A stretch of 6,951 bases of DNA, taken from positions 1-6,951 of IMG/VR virus record IMGVR_UViG_3300033830_000018. One strand, given 5' to 3'. Under the pieces are notes generated by a model, which was not told the DNA's origin, ran no database searches, and saw nothing but the letters and a program-made list of their open reading frames with translations. This document shows positions 1 to 4,934 of this stretch, piece by piece. A program made the translations under genes and the position numbers. Numbering within the stretch: the stretch's first letter is position 1; the number at the start of each line of letters is the position of its first letter.

Positions 1-180
1 CTGAAGTACTTGAAGACTAACACACATTCATTACGTTACGCACTAATCAGCTATCTCGCAAAAAACGCCGTAGACCCCGCAATTATTGCAAAGATAACTG
101 GGCATAAGAAACTAGACAGAATTATACAGTATACTCAAACAAAAGACGCCGTCGATATTTTGCGTAAGCTTTCTACCTAA
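1..180 (+). CDS. Tyrosine recombinase/integrase (XerC/D-like), C-terminal fragment; 5' part lies outside the window
   Basis: Not in the ORF track. Frame +1 translated by hand: LKYLKTNTHSLRYALISYLAKNAVDPAIIAKITGHKKLDRIIQYTQTKDAVDILRKLST*. It has the box II catalytic signature H-x-L-R ... G-H ... Y (HSLR, TGH, QY) with canonical spacing. Stop TAA at 178-180. Confidence 0.93.
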   Translation: MKYLKTNTHSLRYALISYLAKNAVDPAIIAKITGHKKLDRIIQYTQTKDAVDILRKLST

Positions 181-184
181 CTGT

Positions 185-202
185 CTCGACTACTTTTTAA
201 AG
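185..202 (+). promoter_or_regulatory. Archaeal TATA-type promoter (TTTTTAAA 194-201) preceded by CTCGAC
   Basis: TTTTTAAA ends about 24 nt before 225, just ahead of GGTGA and the next ORF. The same CTCGAC..TTTTTAAAG occurs on the minus strand at 4889-4874. Confidence 0.6.
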
Positions 203-239
203 GGTATAACTCATAATTATATAATAGGTGAAAACACAT

Positions 240-434
240 ATGGTTGAAATAAAGTTAAGATGGAGGATAAAGTCAACGAAAAAGAATGGTAAGGTATACC
301 CTCTATATTATATATCAGTACCAGGTAAATCGGCTGTTTTTTTATTGCAATACGAACCATATTTAGACCCAGAAAGGCAAATAATCTTTTTCAGACCCAA
401 GCAGAACCAAAGCCAACAACCACAAAGTCAATAA
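240..434 (+). CDS. Small basic protein (64 aa), possible AbrB/SpoVT-like swapped-hairpin DNA-binding protein
   Basis: ORF track 228..434. ATG 240 is preferred because GGTGA (227-231) is a Shine-Dalgarno 8 nt upstream. The basic beta-rich N-terminus with KNGKVYPLYYISVP resembles the AbrB-type 'YxITIP' hairpin; Q/S-rich tail. The family call is by eye. Confidence 0.6.
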   Translation: MVEIKLRWRIKSTKKNGKVYPLYYISVPGKSAVFLLQYEPYLDPERQIIFFRPKQNQSQQPQSQ

Positions 435-435
435 T

Positions 436-457
436 TCTTTTTCCCTTTCTCTTTTTG
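436..457 (+). terminator. Oligo-T/pyrimidine terminator
   Basis: ttctttttccctttctcttttt directly after the TAA at 434, between convergent genes; typical Sulfolobales T-rich terminator. Confidence 0.6.
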
Positions 458-463
458 GAAAAT

Positions 464-1417
464 CTAAGCTAAGATAATCCTATTTAATATATAATTTAGT
501 TTCAGTCTCGGAAAGTCAGCTAAGTACCTTGGCGATATTTTACCTGACATTTCGTTGTACTGATATGCGATACTTAGCATGAAATTTGCCATGTCTAGTT
601 CTAATAAGCCTGGAGAATAGCTCTTGTCCCCGTAGTATCTCGAATAGATAGATATTGGGGATTCGTTTATAAGATCCGATATATTTTTGACAATATATTT
701 ATGCAAATCGAATATATTATTCAGGTTGCGTATTAATTCTTTATAACTTGCCTTATCCAAGGTGTACGCGTTATGAGATTTTAAGAAATTAAGGATGAAT
801 AACCCTAACCCCGTAGTCGTATACTTTCTCTTCTTCCCTTCATCGTTCGGGCTGATCTCACTGCTTAGACCCATTAGCAAAAGAGGGACAAGCCCGTTGC
901 GGAGATTTTCAACAGATAAATTATTGCAAGCGTCACCGCACACCTCCTTCGCAAACCTTAGGGCATCTTTTAATTCCGCGTTCAGCAGGGGGAGTTGAGA
1001 GTTGAAAATGTAAAGGTATTCACGCAAAGTCAATTTATTTATTGGGTTGTCTAGCTTCTCAGCTATTTTTAGAGATTTCATAGAGTCTGTTAATATTAAA
1101 AAGGAGAATATTGAGGCTTCCCTGACCCTGTAATATTTATCATCAATCAACTCAACTCCAGTAAATTCCGATATTGAATTAGCGTACTCGTCAGCCTTTT
1201 CCGTAAGCTTATCAAATACCTCTGGAAAACCCGACGCAGTCAGAGTTCTAATTTTTGCTGGCACGACAAAACCGTTTTTAGCTAATTCAATAACCTTAAG
1301 TGATGTTTTCTCAGCCTTGGTGCGTTTTGGACTCGTCCTGACGAGATCGACGAAGAATTCAAAGGAGTCGTTGACGATGTTTTTATTACCTTCTTCTTGA
1401 TAAAAATCCATAGCCAT
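464..1417 (-). CDS. Hypothetical protein (317 aa), predicted largely alpha-helical
   Basis: Long ORF with ATG at 1417. The minus-strand TATA-like TTTAAAAA (1447-1440) ends 23 nt upstream, consistent with a leaderless mRNA. No motif recognised. Confidence 0.85.
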   Translation of the reverse strand: MAMDFYQEEGNKNIVNDSFEFFVDLVRTSPKRTKAEKTSLKVIELAKNGFVVPAKIRTLTASGFPEVFDKLTEKADEYANSISEFTGVELIDDKYYRVREASIFSFLILTDSMKSLKIAEKLDNPINKLTLREYLYIFNSQLPLLNAELKDALRFAKEVCGDACNNLSVENLRNGLVPLLLMGLSSEISPNDEGKKRKYTTTGLGLFILNFLKSHNAYTLDKASYKELIRNLNNIFDLHKYIVKNISDLINESPISIYSRYYGDKSYSPGLLELDMANFMLSIAYQYNEMSGKISPRYLADFPRLKLNYILNRIILA

Positions 1418-1439
1418 ACTTTAATTTAGGGGAAACTCG

Positions 1440-1447
1440 TTTTTAAA
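1440..1447 (-). promoter_or_regulatory. TATA box for the 317-aa gene
   Basis: Minus strand reads TTTAAAAA at leaderless spacing from ATG 1417. Confidence 0.6.
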
Positions 1448-1454
1448 CTTAAAC

Positions 1455-1470
1455 AACAGCTGTTTTAGAG
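1455..1470. repeat. Palindromic motif copy 1 (AACAGCTGTTttagag)
   Basis: Perfect 10-bp palindrome at 1455-1464; 1455-1470 is identical to 1771-1786. Confidence 0.85.
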
Positions 1471-1485
1471 GTATCTAGCTCGTCA

Positions 1486-1521
1486 TTTTCAGTCTAACTA
1501 GTTGGGCAGAAAATTTAAATA
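1486..1521 (+). promoter_or_regulatory. Conserved promoter module copy 1: imperfect inverted repeat + BRE (GCAGAAAA) + TATA (TTTAAATA 1514-1521)
   Basis: ttttc-agtc-taac-ta-gttg-ggca-gaaaa-tttaaata. TATA ends 24 nt before ATG 1545 (leaderless). Aligns without gaps to 1810-1845 and 2316-2351. Confidence 0.85.
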
Positions 1522-1544
1522 TCAGTCCTAACAATAGTTAAATA

Positions 1545-1736
1545 ATGACGCCCCAAGAAGTAGTAAAGGAAGAAATCATAAAAATGTTAGAAAAGGACTT
1601 CGACCAGCTACAAAAACTTATTGATTATATTGCAAAGACAAAAAATTTAGATTTAGACAGGAAAAAGGTTGGCGAAGCTTATTTTTTAGCCCAGAAAATT
1701 GACATGGAGTTATATAGATTAATTCTCTTGATCTAA
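1545..1736 (+). CDS. Small helical hypothetical protein (63 aa)
   Basis: ORF with its own consensus promoter at leaderless spacing and a downstream T-tract; amphipathic charged helices. Confidence 0.85.
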   Translation: MTPQEVVKEEIIKMLEKDFDQLQKLIDYIAKTKNLDLDRKKVGEAYFLAQKIDMELYRLILLI

Positions 1737-1747
1737 AAACTAACCCG

Positions 1748-1764
1748 TTTTTTATTTACTTTTT
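1748..1764 (+). terminator. Oligo-T terminator
   Basis: ttttttatttactttttt-like tract starting 12 nt after the stop; near-identical tract at 2236-2253. Confidence 0.7.
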
Positions 1765-1786
1765 CTCTCAAACAGCTGTTTTAGAG
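1765..1786. repeat. Palindromic motif copy 2 (CTCTCAAACAGCTGTTTTAGAG)
   Basis: 22-bp inverted repeat with a single mismatched pair, centre CAGCTG at 1773-1778. Confidence 0.9.
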
Positions 1787-1809
1787 TTGTTTCGCCGTAC
1801 CCAGCGTCC

Positions 1810-1845
1810 TTTTCTGCCTAACCTATTGGGCAGAAACTTTATATA
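1810..1845 (+). promoter_or_regulatory. Conserved promoter module copy 2 (TATA TTTATATA 1838-1845)
   Basis: ttttc-tgcc-taac-ct-attg-ggca-gaaac-tttatata. TTTCTGCC (1811-1818) and GGCAGAAA (1829-1836) form a perfect 8-bp inverted pair. Confidence 0.85.
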
Positions 1846-1875
1846 TTTCCAAACGAATATTATAATGGCGAAAAT

Positions 1876-2235
1876 ATGAGAACTCAAAAGGCTCAAAAGG
1901 GAAATAGAAGTCAAGAAGAAAACAAATTGTATTTTTGCAACCTTTGTGGTTTTATTGCAGAAAGTTATGAAGAACTTGATATGCATTATACGTTTGAACA
2001 CGACCCAGACCCCGATCTTGGTTATGAATTAGAAGTGATGTGGGAAAACAAAAAGAAAAAGAAGAAAGCAAAAGGTTTGAAGGGAAAGGCATTTGAACAG
2101 CTAGAATTATTAATAAACGGTGAGGATTACAAAAACGAGTATGTCGGATGGTGCCATATTCCTTACGAAATAATAACAAGGAAGAAAGGCAACAGATACG
2201 TAATTAAGGTCGTTCCAGGAGTTGAAATTTGTTAA
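1876..2235 (+). CDS. C2H2 zinc-finger protein (119 aa)
   Basis: C-x2-C-x12-H-x4-H motif (YFCNLCGFIAESYEELDMHYTFEH), then acidic DPDPD and a poly-Lys tract; has its own promoter and terminator. Confidence 0.85.
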   Translation: MRTQKAQKGNRSQEENKLYFCNLCGFIAESYEELDMHYTFEHDPDPDLGYELEVMWENKKKKKKAKGLKGKAFEQLELLINGEDYKNEYVGWCHIPYEIITRKKGNRYVIKVVPGVEIC

Positions 2236-2253
2236 TTTTTTTATTTATTTCTT
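2236..2253 (+). terminator. Oligo-T terminator
   Basis: tttttttatttatttctt immediately after TAA 2235. Confidence 0.7.
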
Positions 2254-2255
2254 CT

Positions 2256-2273
2256 CTCAAACAGCTGTTTGAG
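2256..2273. repeat. Palindromic motif copy 3 (CTCAAACAGCTGTTTGAG, perfect 18 bp)
   Basis: Perfect 18-bp palindrome read directly; centre CAGCTG at 2262-2267. Confidence 0.92.
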
Positions 2274-2315
2274 GTCTCTTTCTTTCCTCCTCTCCACCGA
2301 CCGCTCCAACTCCGT

Positions 2316-2351
2316 TTTTCCTCCTAACTGGTTATGCAGAAAATTTAAATA
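2316..2351 (+). promoter_or_regulatory. Conserved promoter module copy 3 (TATA TTTAAATA 2344-2351)
   Basis: ttttc-ctcc-taac-tg-gtta-tgca-gaaaa-tttaaata. GCAGAAAATTTAAATATC is identical to copy 1. Confidence 0.85.
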
Positions 2352-2382
2352 TCTGAGTTAGCACATATATAATTGATCAAAT

Positions 2383-2961
2383 ATGTCCTCTCCACAAGTT
2401 AAGTCAAGCCCCCAACCACAAGTCAAAACAAATCCTAATTCTATAAATCAAACAAATGCTAGTCAAATAACCTGGGAGACCATCTTAAGGTCTCCCAGGA
2501 TTACCAAGGAACATGTAGAGTATGCAATTAACAATATTGATCAAGCTCCATTACTGCCCCATGAATTTGTTTACAGTCAAGTCGCTACTGATGTCAAAAT
2601 CTCCTACCCCCGCTCTATCGCAATTAGTGGTGTAGGTGGTATAATTGGTGCAGTACTTTCAATAAAACACACCGATAACATATCTTATTTCGTAACTACT
2701 GAGGAAGTTATTAATGCAACCGAGAATTCACCACTGTTTCTCGCAAAGTTCTCGTTAGAAAAACTAAGTAAAATCTATCAAAATACTGAGGTTATCATCC
2801 TGAAACTGAATGAATTTGAGAAAATTAAGTTGTTGCTAAGTCAAGGAGGAGTCTATATTTCTGGTTTGCCATATGAGATTACTATTCAGATAGCACAACT
2901 AGCGGGGTTTGGTAGGCTTTGGCACTTTTCACCAATTCAGCAAAAATTCTTTGTATTCTGA
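2383..2961 (+). CDS. Hypothetical protein (192 aa), possibly a degenerate P-loop/AAA+ (DnaC/IstB-like) fold
   Basis: ORF with its own promoter. S/P/Q/N-rich N-terminus followed by an alpha/beta pattern. The fold assignment is inference (see findings). Confidence 0.8.
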   Translation: MSSPQVKSSPQPQVKTNPNSINQTNASQITWETILRSPRITKEHVEYAINNIDQAPLLPHEFVYSQVATDVKISYPRSIAISGVGGIIGAVLSIKHTDNISYFVTTEEVINATENSPLFLAKFSLEKLSKIYQNTEVIILKLNEFEKIKLLLSQGGVYISGLPYEITIQIAQLAGFGRLWHFSPIQQKFFVF

Positions 2962-2976
2962 GTATTCTGATTCTGA
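2953..2976 (+). repeat. Short tandem repeat GTATTCTGA x2 + TTCTGA
   Basis: gtattctga-gtattctga-ttctga spans the stop codon of the 192-aa gene and runs into the next ribosome site. Confidence 0.75.
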
Positions 2977-2989
2977 GGTGGCGACAAAA

Positions 2990-3748
2990 ATGACCGAATT
3001 TGAACTTGAGATAAAAAAGTTTAGATGGTTAATTTCCCAGGGTTATATAACACCACAAGAACTGGCATTTTACTCCAACTTTTACGATATCCAGATGACC
3101 AGTACTGTGAATTTTCAAGGATATGAGATATTGACTCCATTGTTTGTGTTGGCGAGACCAAGCAAGTTTGACCAAGTAAAAAGAGAACTGCCTCAGGCAG
3201 AAATAGCAGATCCATATAGCAAAAAGTTCCCATTAATTTCATTGATAAGTCTAGAAAAATTCATTAACACTCTAGTTAATCTCAAAATACCATACTACTT
3301 CTTCTCAGTGTGGTTGCATAGATCGTATAATGATATTCCAGAATCAGGTCAATTATTACTGAGTAAGCTCATTAATATGGCGAATTCTTCCTACAAATAT
3401 GTTATAAAAAGTTATAACATCCCTTCATCATCTTCAGAAGAACCAGCATTACCAACGGATCTAGAGAAAATAATATGTCATTTCAGGAAAATGTTGGGTA
3501 ATAAGGATAACTGCGACGATAATGACTGGTGGAAGTATAATTTGTGGAACAAATCTAGTGTAACTGGTACTACAACTGCAAATAGTACAACAACCATCGG
3601 AAGGAAAGAAATAGAGAAGTTAGCGTTGAAATACAATGTATCACCAATTTGTTTACAGTACGTTATAATGTATAACAAAAACCCGTGTCACCTTTCCCCA
3701 TTTCTTCTGCTCCAAATCAAATCAGACCTCTCTTCTTCCTCTTCATAA
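2990..3748 (+). CDS. Hypothetical protein (252 aa)
   Basis: ORF track 2909..3748. The in-frame ATG at 2990 is preferred because GAGGTG (2975-2980) precedes it and it avoids overlap with the upstream gene. Ser and Thr low-complexity linkers separate small Cys/His-containing C-terminal segments. Confidence 0.85.
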   Translation: MTEFELEIKKFRWLISQGYITPQELAFYSNFYDIQMTSTVNFQGYEILTPLFVLARPSKFDQVKRELPQAEIADPYSKKFPLISLISLEKFINTLVNLKIPYYFFSVWLHRSYNDIPESGQLLLSKLINMANSSYKYVIKSYNIPSSSSEEPALPTDLEKIICHFRKMLGNKDNCDDNDWWKYNLWNKSSVTGTTTANSTTTIGRKEIEKLALKYNVSPICLQYVIMYNKNPCHLSPFLLLQIKSDLSSSSS

Positions 3749-3771
3749 TTTTTTCCTCTCTTCCTCTCCTT
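3749..3771 (+). terminator. Oligo-T/pyrimidine terminator between convergent genes
   Basis: ttttttcctctcttcctctcctt directly after TAA 3748. Confidence 0.6.
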
Positions 3772-3772
3772 A

Positions 3773-4294
3773 TCACAGGGTATTCGTATTCTCCTTTCTC
3801 TCTCTTTTCGCTATCTTTTTTGCATCTATTACTTCTATTATTCCCTCTTCCTCCAGATATTCTAGCACTGCGTCGCTATCATCTATCACTATTACCTTAT
3901 CTTGGTCGTATTTTTCCATTAGCTCCTTTACGATAATTCTCTTAAACTCATGGTCTTTTCTGTAGTCCTTCTCACCTCTCAGCACGACCTCATTCGGCTC
4001 TATCCCTATCTCTGACAGCTGTTTGAGAGTTTCCTTACGTTGTTTTTCCGAACGACCGCTGACTACTGCTATCACTTCTGGCTTTTCCTCCTCAATTAAT
4101 CGTTTGACGAACCTGATAACTTCCCACTTAGGTTCGTCCAGGTTCATGAACCTCGGTGATTGATAACATTCCCAAAACACACGGTCGGGTGTCCAAGATA
4201 ATGTTTTCTTGTCTCCTCTGGATATCTTCTCGCATTCGTACCACCTAGCAGAAGTATCGAAAAGCGTGCCGTCCAAATCTAGGATTAGCATCAT
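3773..4294 (-). CDS. HAD-superfamily phosphatase, similar to the 3'-phosphatase domain of T4 polynucleotide kinase/phosphatase (PseT)
   Basis: All four HAD motifs are present: I LILDLDGTL, II VVSGR, III RKDHEFK, IV VIDDSD. SGR, R-K-D-x3-K and DD match the PNKP phosphatase pattern. ATGA overlap with the upstream gene and a GGTGGAGG ribosome site. Confidence 0.9.
   Translation of the reverse strand: MMLILDLDGTLFDTSARWYECEKISRGDKKTLSWTPDRVFWECYQSPRFMNLDEPKWEVIRFVKRLIEEEKPEVIAVVSGRSEKQRKETLKQLSEIGIEPNEVVLRGEKDYRKDHEFKRIIVKELMEKYDQDKVIVIDDSDAVLEYLEEEGIIEVIDAKKIAKRERKENTNTL
4010..4029 (-). repeat. Palindromic motif copy 4, intragenic (minus strand CTCTCAAACAGCTGTCAGAG)
   Basis: 15-nt exact match (CTCTCAAACAGCTGT) to copies 2 and 3; lies inside the HAD gene, coding TLKQLSE. 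Confidence 0.65.
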
Positions 4295-4851
4295 TTTCCT
4301 CCACCTTGTTGTTTAAAACCTAGTATTGTTATCTCTCCATTCACTTCTTTGAAGTCTAACTCCTTAGCTTTCCCCTCGCGGTTATATACGAGCCACAATA
4401 CTTCGGCACCGTTTTCGTCTTTCCCCCATTTTAGTTTGCTACATTTCCCATCAAATTTAGTATAAAAGTAGTTTATCGCTTCCTGGTCATTTTTTTCTTC
4501 TTGCAGTTTGTCTAACGTAGCTGGGTCAAACGGTTGATCAAATAGGTAGATCTTCTTATTACCTTTTCCGTCATCAAAAACGAAATATATCCCGAATTTG
4601 AACCCGTTAAGGTTTGAAGTTGCCATTAGGTCGCGATGTTTCCTGATAAATTCGTTATCCGCAACAGCAGAAATATAAAGAGTGTCATGTCCGTCACCTA
4701 TGCCTATACATAATAAGTTTGCATGTGCGGGTTTGTCGGCTTTTACGTAGAAAGCGACGTATGTTACAGCAATGGTTGGTGTAGTTTTGGGTATGTACCC
4801 GTGGACACGCACTATGAAAAACTTATCTATGCTGATTGACGAGCTTACCAT
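4291..4851 (-). CDS. Hypothetical beta-rich protein (186 aa)
   Basis: ORF with TATA TTTTTAAA (4882-4875, minus strand) ending 24 nt before ATG 4851; translationally coupled to the HAD gene. Confidence 0.85.
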   Translation of the reverse strand: MVSSSISIDKFFIVRVHGYIPKTTPTIAVTYVAFYVKADKPAHANLLCIGIGDGHDTLYISAVADNEFIRKHRDLMATSNLNGFKFGIYFVFDDGKGNKKIYLFDQPFDPATLDKLQEEKNDQEAINYFYTKFDGKCSKLKWGKDENGAEVLWLVYNREGKAKELDFKEVNGEITILGFKQQGGGK

Positions 4852-4873
4852 GCTAAATACTTCACGCGATATT

Positions 4874-4889
4874 CTTTAAAAAAGTCGAG
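4874..4889 (-). promoter_or_regulatory. Leftward promoter CTCGACTTTTTTAAAG
   Basis: Leaderless spacing to ATG 4851; resembles 185-202. Confidence 0.7.
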
Positions 4890-4895
4890 TTAGTT

Positions 4896-4913
4896 CTCAA
4901 ACATATGTTTGAG
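4896..4913. repeat. Palindromic motif copy 5 (CTCAAACATATGTTTGAG, perfect 18 bp)
   Basis: Same arms as copy 3 with the central GC replaced by TA; sits between divergent promoters. Confidence 0.9.
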
Positions 4914-4934
4914 GAAACGACTTATTTTGTCTTA

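Noticed and set aside
134-141. Half-site CTCAAACA inside the recombinase gene
   Set aside because: Only 8 nt with no matching right arm; compatible with chance in AT-rich DNA.
795-998. 67-aa plus-strand ORF
   Set aside because: Entirely antisense within the 317-aa gene; no promoter or ribosome site; shadow ORF.
1768-2179. Minus-strand ORFs 1768..2001 and 1952..2179
   Set aside because: Antisense to the zinc-finger gene and its promoter module; no expression signals.
1455-2351. Repeats interpreted as a CRISPR or mini-CRISPR array
   Set aside because: Units are hundreds of bp apart, separated by whole genes rather than 35-45-nt spacers, and do not resemble Sulfolobales CRISPR repeats.
1455-2351. 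Repeats interpreted as canonical integron attC sites
   Set aside because: No RYYYAAC...GTTRRRY ends enclosing a long hairpin with extrahelical bases. The TAAC-NN-GTT core is only 10 nt, and each unit has its own promoter. Any cassette system here would be non-canonical.
2909-2989. Extended N-terminus of the 279-aa ORF, and likewise the TTG 4948 and GTG 228 starts
   Set aside because: Downstream ATGs (2990, 4966, 240) fit ribosome-site or TATA spacing better.
3021-3936. ORFs 3021..3242 (-), 3478..3678 (-) and 3685..3936 (+)
   Set aside because: They overlap better-supported genes. The hydrophobic look of 3685..3936 comes from reading the pyrimidine-rich antisense of a Glu/Lys-rich gene across a terminator.
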